DNA from: an uncultured bacterium
GTDB lineage: Bacteria; Patescibacteriota; Minisyncoccia; Phycocordibacterales; PALSA-1337
Direction: 5' to 3'
Assembly: GCA_963848635.1 (NCBI GenBank)
Contig: CAWKEA010000005.1
Span: 426,810 to 490,809 of the forward strand
Length of the DNA: 64,000 nucleotides
Of this stretch, positions 48,215-58,144 are shown piece by piece (within the stretch, counting starts at the first letter, position 1; the number at the start of each line of letters is the position of its first letter). A program made the position numbers and the translations under genes. Below the pieces are notes generated by a model that worked only from the letters and a program-made list of their open reading frames with translations, did not search any database and was not told the DNA's origin.

Positions 48215-48883
48215 ATGTCTAGTAAAAAAGCTAACAGCAAATACCGGATTTGTCAGCTCTCGACCGCGAGCTTCCAATTCCCGGCTTCATCCGGTTTCAC
48301 CCTCGTCGAAGTTTTCATATCGATGGCGATATTCGTAGCAGTCATGGTTGCCATCACTGCTTTTCTTGTCAATATATATTCGAACAACCGTACCATTTCT
48401 GGCTCTTTCCAAACATCTGAGGATGCCCAAGTCATATTGAAAACCATGTTGACTGAATTGCGTCAGGCTTCCACGGCATCGAACGGCGCATATCCGATCG
48501 CTTTTGCTGGCACATCTAGCATCGTTTTTTTCTCAAATGTCGACAGTGACAGCGCTATGGAAGAGGTCACTTACAGCCTCATTGGCAGTACCCTGTATCG
48601 TGCCGTAATACAACCGACTGGATCGCCCTTGACCTACAATGTCGCGAGCCAGTCCACGTCATCTCTATTGACTGATGTGAGGAATTCATCATCGACGCCA
48701 GTGTTCCAATATTACGACCAGAATTATACTGGTTCGAGCTCTCCACTGTCATTGCCGATCAATATCCCCGCGGTGCGGCTTGTAAAGATCAGTCTGGCTT
48801 TGGATGTCCTCATCAATCAAGCTCCAGTAGTGCAGACATATACGACCCAAGTCAGCTTACGGGATCTCAAAACAAACCTATGA
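48215..48883 (+). CDS. Minor pilin (PilW/GspJ-like)
   Basis: GFTLVEVFIS class III signal. Confidence 0.8.
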   Translation: MSSKKANSKYRICQLSTASFQFPASSGFTLVEVFISMAIFVAVMVAITAFLVNIYSNNRTISGSFQTSEDAQVILKTMLTELRQASTASNGAYPIAFAGTSSIVFFSNVDSDSAMEEVTYSLIGSTLYRAVIQPTGSPLTYNVASQSTSSLLTDVRNSSSTPVFQYYDQNYTGSSSPLSLPINIPAVRLVKISLALDVLINQAPVVQTYTTQVSLRDLKTNL

Positions 48884-50445
48884 AGGATAAAGGAGACATT
48901 TTAATATCGGTCCTGATCTTTGCCGCTATCGCTGTGACGGTTCTGATAGGCTTGGTCAATTGGGGAGCGACGCTTTTGACGAATGTTCGCACGACTGATG
49001 CAAAAGAGCAGGCGTTTCAGATCGCCGAAGCCGGCGTCGACTATTACCGGTGGCATTTAGCTCAGTATCCGACAGATTATAAGGATGGCACGAGCACGCC
49101 AGGCCCGTATAACCATTCTTTTTATGACAAGAATGGCAGTCTGATCGGCGGCTATTCGCTTGCTATCACGCCGCCGCCGCTCGGTTCGACAAAGATCGTC
49201 ATTACTTCGACAGGAACGACTACCGCGAATAAGAATGTTAAAAGAATAGTCCAAGCGATCTTGGCAGAGCCTTCATGGGCGCAGTATGCCGTTGTGGCGA
49301 ACGATTACCTTCGATTCGGAGTCGGCACAGTGGTCAATGGTCCGATTACTTCAAATAAAGGCATTCATTTCGACGGCATCGCCAATAATGTCATCTCGAG
49401 CGCGATGGCAACGTATACAGATCCTGATTATGCTTCCGGTCTCAGTTGCACGGATGTCTCTTATGGTGTCCATACATGCGTCAATCCCGCTGATCCATCA
49501 CCACCTTCCCCTGCTGTCACCAATAGTGCAGTTTTTACTGCGGGCAGACAATATCCTATTCCGGCTACTGATTTTAACGGTCTCCAAGTTAATTTACAGA
49601 CGCTTTATAATAGCACTCTGTCGAATGGCGTCTGCAGTCATTCTAACAGTGTCTCTTGCTGGACTTCTTCCGGAGCACAGGGCTACCATATTGTCTTTAA
49701 AGTGAGTAATGGCAGTACGACTTATAATATGTATAAAGTAAATGCTCAGCAATCATCTCCCGATAGTTGCGGTTTCGACGCCACCGCTCTAAGCCAGACA
49801 TACCAAGGAAATAGTTCCTATTGGAATACAGGAACTAATTGGGGCACATGGAGCATAAATGGACTCACTGGATCAAGCAATCCGTCAAGCGGAGAAACAC
49901 AAATCAATGGACCAAATGCCGATCATTCATGGTCTCTTCCTACGAACGGAACTATCTTTGTTGCAGACAATCTTTGGGTCGATGGCACGGTCGATAATGC
50001 CCGATTAACGATAGCCTCTGCTAATATCGGCACCAGCAATCCGAATAGCTACACGAACATAACCGTCAATACCAATTTGAAATACACGAATTATAACGGT
50101 AATGACGTGCTCGGACTTATCGCCCAAGGAAATGTCAATGTCGGAATGGTTAGCGATAACAGTTTTGAGGTAGATGGCGCATTAATGGCAGAAAACGGTC
50201 GTGTGGGACGTTTTTATTATGATTCAAGCTGTTCTGTGCTATCGACAAATTATTCTACCCGGACGTCGCTCACATTGCTCGGAATGATTGCAACTGCCAT
50301 AAGGTATGGTTTCTCCTATACTGACGGAACCGGCTATTCGACTCGCAATATCACGTATGATGCGAATCTGCTGTATAGTCCGCCGCCGAGCTTTCCATTA
50401 GCATCGGCCCAGTATCAGATGGTCTCATGGCAACAGATACAATAA
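48880..50445 (+). CDS. PilX-like minor pilin
   Basis: KG-DILISVLI start, QAFQIAEAGVDY motif, C-terminal YDANL..PPP.FP. Confidence 0.75.
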   Translation: MKDKGDILISVLIFAAIAVTVLIGLVNWGATLLTNVRTTDAKEQAFQIAEAGVDYYRWHLAQYPTDYKDGTSTPGPYNHSFYDKNGSLIGGYSLAITPPPLGSTKIVITSTGTTTANKNVKRIVQAILAEPSWAQYAVVANDYLRFGVGTVVNGPITSNKGIHFDGIANNVISSAMATYTDPDYASGLSCTDVSYGVHTCVNPADPSPPSPAVTNSAVFTAGRQYPIPATDFNGLQVNLQTLYNSTLSNGVCSHSNSVSCWTSSGAQGYHIVFKVSNGSTTYNMYKVNAQQSSPDSCGFDATALSQTYQGNSSYWNTGTNWGTWSINGLTGSSNPSSGETQINGPNADHSWSLPTNGTIFVADNLWVDGTVDNARLTIASANIGTSNPNSYTNITVNTNLKYTNYNGNDVLGLIAQGNVNVGMVSDNSFEVDGALMAENGRVGRFYYDSSCSVLSTNYSTRTSLTLLGMIATAIRYGFSYTDGTGYSTRNITYDANLLYSPPPSFPLASAQYQMVSWQQIQ

Positions 50446-50490
50446 AAAGTTCTTCCTTTCTTTTCCTTTCTCCCGTATACTTATCCCATC

Positions 50491-51270
50491 ATGGCCTCAA
50501 AATCAAAGATTCTCCTTGTCGGCAACTGGAAGATGAATCCGTCACGGATCGTAGATGCGCGGAACATCATCGCTGAATATAAAAAAATATCGCTGAAGCT
50601 CGAACGGACATCTATCGTCGCTTGCCCGCCTTTCGTCTACATCTCAGTTGCGATGCCGGTAAAAAACAGACAAAAGAATCCCGCACGAATCTCTATTGGC
50701 GCGCAGGACGTCTCTTTTGAGAGCGAGGGAGCTTTCACAGGGGAAGTGAGCACAAAGATGCTCCGTGATATGGGCGTTTCCTATGTGATCATCGGTCACT
50801 CGGAGCGCAGAAGGGCGGGCGAAACGGACGAAGTCGTATCAAAAAAGGCCGCCGCCGCCGCTTCTTCTGGCTTGTATCCGATCGTCTGCATCGGTGAAGC
50901 AGTGCATGACGTTGATGGTGCGTATCTCGGAATGATACGGGAACAATTGAAGAATTCCTTGGCTGGCATCCCAAAATCGGCGTTTTCGAGGGTGATAATC
51001 GCGTATGAACCCATTTGGGCGATAGGCGCCAAGGAAGCAATGAAACCGGAGCATATCCGCGAGACAGCTATTTTCATAAAAAAGACAGTTGTAGATCTTT
51101 TTGGACGCGATGCTGGACTTGAACTGCCGGTTATTTATGGCGGTTCCGTCAATTGGCGCAATGCGAGCGATATAGTCCGCGAGGGCGGCATACAAGGCTT
51201 CCTCGTCGGCAGGGAAAGCGTGAATGTGCCAGGTTTTGTCGAATTAGCAAAAGCAGTCGACGAGGCTTAG
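50491..51270 (+). CDS. tpiA: Triosephosphate isomerase
   Basis: GNWKMN, IIGHSERR, AYEPIWAIG, YGGSV. Confidence 0.95.
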   Translation: MASKSKILLVGNWKMNPSRIVDARNIIAEYKKISLKLERTSIVACPPFVYISVAMPVKNRQKNPARISIGAQDVSFESEGAFTGEVSTKMLRDMGVSYVIIGHSERRRAGETDEVVSKKAAAAASSGLYPIVCIGEAVHDVDGAYLGMIREQLKNSLAGIPKSAFSRVIIAYEPIWAIGAKEAMKPEHIRETAIFIKKTVVDLFGRDAGLELPVIYGGSVNWRNASDIVREGGIQGFLVGRESVNVPGFVELAKAVDEA

Positions 51271-51291
51271 ACGGCGGACAGTAAAAATAGG

Positions 51292-52437
51292 ATGAAAACC
51301 ATCGACCAAGCGAGTATAAAAAGGAGCGTCCGCGTGCTTCTGCGGGCTGATTTCAATGTCGCTGTACAGGACGGCAAGGTAGTCGATGATTTTAGGATAC
51401 GGAAGACGATCCCGACGCTCGATTTTCTGATGAAAAGCAATGCAAATGTAGTCATTGTCAGTCATATAGAGAATGCCGCTGGCGTCGGAGGGGTGGCGAC
51501 CTTGAAGCCTGTCGCCAGAGCATTGAATGATCTTGGATTCAAATGCCAGTTCGCCGAGACGATAGAATCAGCGGCCCAAAAATCGTCTGAACAGGAAACA
51601 GGCTTCATCCTGCTCGAAAACATAAGGAATTATCCAGGCGAAACGGCAAATGATCCGTCGTTCTCAAAACAGCTTGCCGCGCTCGGGGACATCTATGTCA
51701 ATGACGCATTCTCCGTGTCGCATCGCTCTCATGCCTCGATCGTCGGCGTGCCAAAGATTTTGCCGCATTTTGCCGGCTTCCAGTTCGCGCTTGAAGTAGA
51801 AAATCTGTCGAAAGCTTTCGATCCTTCGCACCCTTTCCTTTTTATCCTCGGTGGGGCGAAATTCGAGACAAAATTACCGCTGGTGCAGAGGTTCTTGGAC
51901 AAAGCAGACGACATATTCATTGGCGGCGCCCTGGCCAACGATTTTTTCAAGGCAAAAGGATACGAATCCGGCCGTTCTATGGTTTCTTCGTCAAAGATAG
52001 ACTTTGACGGGCTTCTTTCTGATAAAAAGATACTTTTACCAATGGACGTTGTTGTCGATGGCGGCATAGTAAAAGTGACCGAGCCCGACAAAGTGTCCGT
52101 CGACGAAAAAATACTCGACGCCGGTCCAAAGACGCTTGCCATGTTGGAAGAAAAGACAAAAGCGGCGAGATTCATCCTATGGAATGGCCCTCTCGGCAAT
52201 TATGAGAACGGCTACAAGGAGCCGACGCACGAATTGGCGCGGATGATCGCCCGGGCGACAAAAAATGGAGCCGAGTCCATCATCGGCGGAGGCGATACGC
52301 TTGCCGCGATCGCTGAATTGAAGGAAAAAACCGGCGAGTCGCTTGAGGATTCATTCACTTTTGTTTCGACAGGCGGCGGCGCCATGCTGGATTTTCTTGC
52401 CAAGGGGACTCTGCCCGGGATCGATGCTCTCGATTGA
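51292..52437 (+). CDS. pgk: Phosphoglycerate kinase
   Basis: RADFNV, LLENIR, YVNDAF, WNGPLG, STGGGA. Confidence 0.95.
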   Translation: MKTIDQASIKRSVRVLLRADFNVAVQDGKVVDDFRIRKTIPTLDFLMKSNANVVIVSHIENAAGVGGVATLKPVARALNDLGFKCQFAETIESAAQKSSEQETGFILLENIRNYPGETANDPSFSKQLAALGDIYVNDAFSVSHRSHASIVGVPKILPHFAGFQFALEVENLSKAFDPSHPFLFILGGAKFETKLPLVQRFLDKADDIFIGGALANDFFKAKGYESGRSMVSSSKIDFDGLLSDKKILLPMDVVVDGGIVKVTEPDKVSVDEKILDAGPKTLAMLEEKTKAARFILWNGPLGNYENGYKEPTHELARMIARATKNGAESIIGGGDTLAAIAELKEKTGESLEDSFTFVSTGGGAMLDFLAKGTLPGIDALD

Positions 52438-52550
52438 TTTTCTCTCGACGGGTATAGTATCGCCGGACTCAGCCTTTGATGATGTGTCGCACGTTGACTG
52501 ATCCAATCTATGAAAAAAGAATCATAGAAGCCGCTTTGCACCGAGCGGCT

Positions 52551-52913
52551 TTATTTTAAATTATCGGCTATCTTTTTCTTGTTGCCGTCAAAATCCGTCT
52601 TATTGCCCTTAGCCTTGTCGCTCGGAAAGACCCAGATATGCGCGTGATGCACGTCTTCGCCGACGACTTTGCTCAGAATGAAGTCGGTACCAAAAGCTTT
52701 TTTCTGCGCCAGAGCGATTTTCTTCACGACCTCAAAATATGCGCCGGCATTCGGAACGTCCCAGACCCAGCGGTAATGCGTTTTTGGTATGACAAGCGCG
52801 TGGCCCGGCGATTGCGGCCGGATGTCGAGGAACGCCAAAAAATCGGCGTCTTCATATACTATGTGGCCCGGGATTTCTTTTTTTACTATTTTGCAGAAAA
52901 TACAATCATCCAT
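52551..52913 (-). CDS. HIT family hydrolase
   Basis: [30 protein letters not shown]. Confidence 0.9.
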   Translation of the reverse strand: MDDCIFCKIVKKEIPGHIVYEDADFLAFLDIRPQSPGHALVIPKTHYRWVWDVPNAGAYFEVVKKIALAQKKAFGTDFILSKVVGEDVHHAHIWVFPSDKAKGNKTDFDGNKKKIADNLK

Positions 52914-53041
52914 GCGGATATTTTATCAGAAAAGCAAAGGCGTTACTATGTCGATCCAGCTTTGTCTTCATCAGTCGGGATTTTTTAATAGTTCAATGAA
53001 TCTTTTCGATCTAACCTCTGGGGGCATGATATAATCGCGGA

Positions 53042-54793
53042 ATGAAATATTCTCTCCGGCCCGAGATCCCGGCTCAAACGCGCGCACAGCTTGCGGAATA
53101 TTCGGATCTGTCGGCGCGGCTTTTGCATAGTCGAGGCATTTTCTCAGCCGAATCGGCTCGGAATTTTCTCGTGCCTGATTTTGAGGCTCGTTCACACGAC
53201 CCATTCCTTTTGAAAGATGCCGAGAAGGCCGCCGATAGGATCATTCTTGCCATAGAAAAAGGCCAAAAGATAGTCATATACAGCGATTATGACACTGATG
53301 GAATTCCGGCCGGAGCCATGCTCCATGATTTTTTCAAAAGGATCGGCTATGACAATTTCTATAATTATATCCCGCATCGGCACGATGAAGGGTTTGGTTT
53401 GAATGGCCCGGCGATGCTCGAGATAGCCGAAAACGGCGCAAAGCTGGTCGTCACTCTCGATTGCGGCATAACCGACGTCGGTCCGGTCGAGCTCGCGAAC
53501 GATCATGGGGTGGATGTCATTATTACCGATCATCATACGCCTCCAGCCGAATTGCCCAAAGCGTTTGCTATCGTGGATCCAAAGCAAAACGATTGCCCGT
53601 ATCCCGACAAGGATCTCTGTGGCGCGGGCGTCGGCTGGAAGCTCATACAGGCGGTCTTGAAAAAGAAAAGATTCGGCCTCAAAGATGGCCACGAAAAATG
53701 GTTTCTCGACATGGTCGGCATTGCTACTTTGTCCGATATGGTTCCTTTGACCGGAGAAAATCGCGTTCTTGCGTACTACGGTCTGGCTGTCCTGCGAAAA
53801 TCGCCACGGAAAGGCCTCGTACAGCTTTTGAAGAAGATAGGAGTCAGGCAAAAAGACATCATCGAGGACGATGTCGGTTTTTCCATCGCTCCTCGTATCA
53901 ATGCCGCCTCTAGGATGGGCGTGCCGATGGATGCTTTCTCGCTTCTCGTCGCAGATGATGAACATGAAGCGGAGCGCCTTGCAGAGCACCTCGATGCTAT
54001 AAACGATGAACGAAAGGGAGCCGTCGCTTCGCTCGTTAAAGACGTGAAAAGGAAGATACGGGAGAGGTACGGAGATCAGTCGCGCGATGGATCTCTGATC
54101 CCGAACGTCCTTGTGTTGGGCAGTCCGAATTGGAGGCCGTCCCTGCTCGGCCTTGCGGCGAATACATGCGCCGATGAATTCGACCGACCGGTGTTTCTCT
54201 GGGGCCGTGACGGAGACGGATTGTACAAAGGTTCCTGTCGCGCGGGAAATGTTAGTAGCATCCACTTAGTCGAGCTCATGACTGCCGTGCCAGCTCTAAC
54301 GTTCGCTCAGTTCGGAGGGCACACGGGGGCCGGGGGATTCACTGTCAGCAAGGAGATTGTCTTTGACCTCGAAAAGATACTGAACACAGCATATGAGAAT
54401 CTGAGGTCAAAAGCCGATCAAGATCCATTAAACCATGAAGAAAAAGATACGAGCCTCGTCGACGGCATATTCAAGACAGATGACATAACATGGAGGCTTT
54501 ATGACGAAGTCAACAAATTCGCGCCATTTGGCACCGGAAATCCCAAGCCTGTTTTTATACTGCATGATGCGGTGATCGCCGAGGTCAAACATTTTGGCAA
54601 GGAAAAGAACCATCTCGAGCTGTTATTGGAAAAACAGGGCGGCCGTCTTTCGGCCATCGCTTTTTTCAAGAAATCAGCGGATTTTGGCGCAGATCTTGGT
54701 GTCGGCAAACGAGTCTCTGTCATAGGCACTCTGGAAAGATCGACATTCAAGCGAAATCCGGAGTTGCGGATTCGAATCGTTGATGTACTATAG
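53042..54793 (+). CDS. recJ: Single-stranded DNA exonuclease RecJ
   Basis: DYDTDG, TLDCG, TDHH, PRINAASR, FGGH, PFGTGNPKP. Confidence 0.95.
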   Translation: MKYSLRPEIPAQTRAQLAEYSDLSARLLHSRGIFSAESARNFLVPDFEARSHDPFLLKDAEKAADRIILAIEKGQKIVIYSDYDTDGIPAGAMLHDFFKRIGYDNFYNYIPHRHDEGFGLNGPAMLEIAENGAKLVVTLDCGITDVGPVELANDHGVDVIITDHHTPPAELPKAFAIVDPKQNDCPYPDKDLCGAGVGWKLIQAVLKKKRFGLKDGHEKWFLDMVGIATLSDMVPLTGENRVLAYYGLAVLRKSPRKGLVQLLKKIGVRQKDIIEDDVGFSIAPRINAASRMGVPMDAFSLLVADDEHEAERLAEHLDAINDERKGAVASLVKDVKRKIRERYGDQSRDGSLIPNVLVLGSPNWRPSLLGLAANTCADEFDRPVFLWGRDGDGLYKGSCRAGNVSSIHLVELMTAVPALTFAQFGGHTGAGGFTVSKEIVFDLEKILNTAYENLRSKADQDPLNHEEKDTSLVDGIFKTDDITWRLYDEVNKFAPFGTGNPKPVFILHDAVIAEVKHFGKEKNHLELLLEKQGGRLSAIAFFKKSADFGADLGVGKRVSVIGTLERSTFKRNPELRIRIVDVL

Positions 54794-54843
54794 AGTAAAC
54801 ATCAAAGTTTCGTGCGATTCTTTGAAAAAAGAAAGGAAAAAAT

Positions 54844-55074
54844 ATGACTGAAGGCTTCTTCAAGATGCAGATCAGCTCGTTTCTCCATGTGATAGCCATA
54901 AATACCGATCCGACTATCAGCACAGAGAGTGTGCCGGATATAGTGAAGCATATCTCCTCCCGGGTCGCTCTCAAGCCGGAAAAAGACCGATCGCCTCTGC
55001 CGCATGGCAATCTGAGGATCTCTACGCTCGCTCGCTGGTTCAAGGACAACCAAATGCCCGACGCTTCATCATGA
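54844..55074 (+). CDS. Small hypothetical protein
   Basis: AAGGA RBS upstream and terminator hairpin immediately downstream. Confidence 0.45.
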   Translation: MTEGFFKMQISSFLHVIAINTDPTISTESVPDIVKHISSRVALKPEKDRSPLPHGNLRISTLARWFKDNQMPDASS

Positions 55075-55174
55075 CGCCCTCTTGAAACCTTCAAAAGTTT
55101 CGGGGGGCGTTTTTTCCTTTCATTTTTTCCTTGCTCTTGAAAAACATCGAAAAAAATGCCAGTATCAATGGTAT

Positions 55175-55261
55175 GGATGGGTGCCAGAGCGGTCTAATGG
55201 AACAGTCTTGAAAACTGTCGTCCTCGCAAGGGGACCGTGAGTTCGAATCTCACCCCATCCG
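55175..55261 (+). tRNA. tRNA-Ser(TGA)
   Basis: ACAGT-CTTGAAA-ACTGT anticodon arm, long variable arm, GTTCGAATC. Confidence 0.95.
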
Positions 55262-55372
55262 CCCCGTAGGATTATCGTGGTAGTTTGCTACCAGATTGAA
55301 TGGAGAACGCAAGGAAAAATCAAGGTTTTTTCCGTCCAAGGTGCAGTTCTGAAGTAGAAAGCTCAAAAGTGG
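55250..55372 (-). pseudogene. C-terminal remnant of a large serine recombinase-like gene
   Basis: LLSFLLQNCTLDGKNLDFSLRSPFNLVA reading into the tRNA 3' end; resembles C-termini of tRNA-integrating recombinases (from memory). Confidence 0.5.
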
Positions 55373-55423
55373 GTCTATGCTGTCGTCGCCATTGTTTCTT
55401 TTGCTGAAGGGCCAATTCTGGCA

Positions 55424-55927
55424 ATGCTCTGCGGCGTTCTGTATAAACTCGGAATGGTACCGTTTACACCGCTTTATATAGCGCTCATGATCGGTGATCT
55501 TTTTGGCGATGCGTTCTGGTATTGGATCGGCTATTATTTTGGACATCCGTTCATTAAACGTTTCGGAAAGTTCTTTAGTCCGTCAGAGTCCGGTGTAGCG
55601 TCAGTCACCCGCGTATTTCATAAGTATAAAAATCATATCTTGATACTATCAAAGATGACCATGGGGCTCGGATTTGCTTTGGTCACTCTGGTTACCGCTG
55701 GTATTGTCAAAGTCCCTTTCAGACGCTACATATTCCTCAATTTCATCGGCCAATTCTTTTGGACTGCTTTTCTTATGGTCGTTGGATACTATCTCGGTAA
55801 TCTATATATCAAAATTAACGGTGTTTTAGGGATTCTGTTCGTCGCGGCAATCCTTGTTGTGGTATTCCTTGGTCTTGTTGGTTGGGGCAAGTATATGCGA
55901 GAAAAAATGTCTAAAGCTATCCAATAG
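55424..55927 (+). CDS. DedA family protein (5'-truncated)
   Basis: GDLFGD..WYWIG, LSKMTMG, AGIVKVPF; DedA-like frame continues upstream (WVYAVVAIVSFAEGP) to a stop with no start. Confidence 0.75.
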   Translation: MLCGVLYKLGMVPFTPLYIALMIGDLFGDAFWYWIGYYFGHPFIKRFGKFFSPSESGVASVTRVFHKYKNHILILSKMTMGLGFALVTLVTAGIVKVPFRRYIFLNFIGQFFWTAFLMVVGYYLGNLYIKINGVLGILFVAAILVVVFLGLVGWGKYMREKMSKAIQ

Positions 55928-55990
55928 GTAGATATGTTATAAACATATATGTTTGTCTATGTTATGCTATCGTATGATACAATAATCACC

Positions 55991-56800
55991 ATGAAAGTAG
56001 TATCAGCAAGACTAGCTTTATCTGCGGAAGCTATCAACTCTAACAGACAAAAAAGCAAAGGTTTTACCTTGATAGAATTGCTTGTGGTCCTTTCCATTGT
56101 AGGTCTTTTGTCGACTATCATATTGGTGGCATTGCAGGGAGCGAGAGGCAAGGGAAAGATCGCAAGCGGTCAGGAGTTTGCAAATAATGTCTATCATCTA
56201 TTAGGCACCTCGGTCGTCGGTATGTGGAATTTCGATGAAGGGGCTGGTACTGTCTCAACAGATCAATCCGGCAATGGGAATACCGCCACTGGTATACCTT
56301 CTGGATCATGGGTGACAGGTTTAAACGGCAGAGCGATATCTCTTCTATCCGGACAGTCAGTAACTCTTGGCGCAACGGGCGCCTATTCTTCCCCGTCATT
56401 CACTATCTCCATGTGGATTAAAAATACCAGTCTCAATGCCGGCGGTTTTTTCAATAATATTATTATGGGCATAGAGAATTATAATACATGTGGTTTTCGC
56501 ATGGGTCTTACAGCCACAGGACAGCCGGAAATTACGATGGGGCAGTCTGGCGGTACTTTTGCGCTCACGTCGAGTGTGCCTATAGGTTCGGATAGGTTTT
56601 ATAACGTAGTGTTTACCTACAATAATTCGACGCAGACTGGCTCGTTCTTTGTCGATGGAAATGCCGCTGGTTCTGCTACAGGCACATATATGCCATGTGG
56701 ATCAGGTTTCGTCCTATCGCTGAACGGAGGAATCGGCGGCACAAATTCCAGTAATAGCATTTTTGATGAGGTCAGATACTATAACGCAAATTTCCAATAG
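55991..56800 (+). CDS. Prepilin-type protein with LamG-like domain
   Basis: GFTLIELLVV; W.FDEG.G....D.SGNGN; FTISMW; DEVRYYN. Confidence 0.85.
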   Translation: MKVVSARLALSAEAINSNRQKSKGFTLIELLVVLSIVGLLSTIILVALQGARGKGKIASGQEFANNVYHLLGTSVVGMWNFDEGAGTVSTDQSGNGNTATGIPSGSWVTGLNGRAISLLSGQSVTLGATGAYSSPSFTISMWIKNTSLNAGGFFNNIIMGIENYNTCGFRMGLTATGQPEITMGQSGGTFALTSSVPIGSDRFYNVVFTYNNSTQTGSFFVDGNAAGSATGTYMPCGSGFVLSLNGGIGGTNSSNSIFDEVRYYNANFQ

Positions 56801-56822
56801 CGTATACTGACTAATACCGCCA

Positions 56823-57218
56823 ATGAAATACATCGGCATCGACTATGGGAAAAAGCGCGTCGGCATCGCCGTTTCTGACGAGGGCGGCCAGTTTGCCATA
56901 CCCAAAGAAGTCGTGTCGAACGACAAAGAGCTTGTTGGAAGGATTGCATCTTTGGTTAAAGAGACCAAAGCAGAAACCGTTATCGTCGGCGAATCCAAGG
57001 ATTACAAAGGCAAGGACAATCTCATCATGCAAAAAATAGTCGCGTTCAAGGAGGAGATCGAAGCGCATGGCATCAAAGTTGTCCTTGAACCGGAATTCAT
57101 GACGAGCTATGCGGCACAGCGTTTTCAGGGCAAGAATGAGCTTCATGACGCGTCGGCAGCAGCTCTCATCTTGCAGAGCTTTTTGGACAAGGAGAATAAG
57201 GAAAACCAAAAAGAATAA
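56823..57218 (+). CDS. ruvX: RuvX/YqgF family nuclease
   Basis: IGIDYGKKRVGIAVSD, EFMTS, DASAAALILQSFLD. Confidence 0.92.
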   Translation: MKYIGIDYGKKRVGIAVSDEGGQFAIPKEVVSNDKELVGRIASLVKETKAETVIVGESKDYKGKDNLIMQKIVAFKEEIEAHGIKVVLEPEFMTSYAAQRFQGKNELHDASAAALILQSFLDKENKENQKE

Positions 57219-57517
57219 GGCGTAACTGCAAATCGAACGGGGGGGTAGTCATGTGTGTTTTAAAACTACCTCATTTAGAATCGTATAATCCTACGGTTTG
57301 CTTAAATTCTCTACGTAGTTTAGCCATTTAATAAGAATTATCACTAAATTCCGTATAATCCTACGATTAAAATTTACCCCTTTTAAAAAAAGGTTGACCA
57401 CCTCTCCCTATGCATCGTAAATTCTGCCTTCTAACCAATTCAGAACCTATCACAATTTGTGATAGGTTCAATTAACCGCTTATCAACTATTTGAGTTAAT
57501 CCGCCGCTTGAAGTGCC

Positions 57518-57582
57518 TGAAGGCATAACATGAAGGCATAACATGAAGGCATAACATGAAGGCATAACATGAAGGCATAACA
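57518..57582. repeat. 13-bp tandem repeat x5
   Basis: TGAAGGCATAACA, five perfect copies. Confidence 0.95.
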
Positions 57583-57620
57583 ACTGGTCATTATTAATTT
57601 TTTCTTGTATCATACCTCTC

Positions 57621-58094
57621 ATGATCACATTCGATGATTTCAAAAAAGTAGAGATCCGAGCGGGCAAGATACTGTCAGCGGAAAAAATACCCAATACTGA
57701 CAAGCTTTTAAAGCTGTCTGTCGATTTTGGCGAGAAAAAGGAAATAGTCCCCGTTGTTGTTCCAGTCGTCTCAATTGATGCTCCGGCAGCTGCACCTGTT
57801 GTCGAGCCGACCGCGACCGCGACTTCAGCTCCTGGGATCGCTGCAGCTCCGGACCAAGCCGCTCCAAAAACATTCGTCCCTGCGCCGCGCCAGATCATTT
57901 CGGGGATTTCGGCATATTTCCCCGATCCAACGATCCTCGTCGGCAAGACATGCATGTTCGTTACGAATCTCGAGCCGAGGATGATCAAAGGATTCGAGTC
58001 GAACGGCATGCTCTTTGCCCTTTCAGACGACGCGGGAAATTTTTCTCTGCTTGAACCGAATGCGTCAATCGCGCCAGGAACGCAGGCCATATAA
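57621..58094 (+). CDS. tRNA-binding OB-fold protein (Trbp111/MetRS C-terminal-like)
   Basis: ITFDDFKKVEIRAGKI, KLLKLSVDFG, RQIISGI, NLEPR..G.ES.GML. Confidence 0.88.
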   Translation: MITFDDFKKVEIRAGKILSAEKIPNTDKLLKLSVDFGEKKEIVPVVVPVVSIDAPAAAPVVEPTATATSAPGIAAAPDQAAPKTFVPAPRQIISGISAYFPDPTILVGKTCMFVTNLEPRMIKGFESNGMLFALSDDAGNFSLLEPNASIAPGTQAI

Positions 58095-58144
58095 ACCGCC
58101 GATGGCGATGAACTCGATTTTTTGAGCCGTCTATCACAATCACA

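Noticed and set aside
43321-50445. Novel secretion system in the pilB-pilC-pilin operon
   Set aside because: Standard type IV pilus components, well known in CPR; pilMNO-like genes are at 58.8-60.9 kb
53192-54265. 357-aa antisense ORF (and similar shadow ORFs throughout)
   Set aside because: Fully overlaps recJ on the opposite strand, with no recognisable motifs
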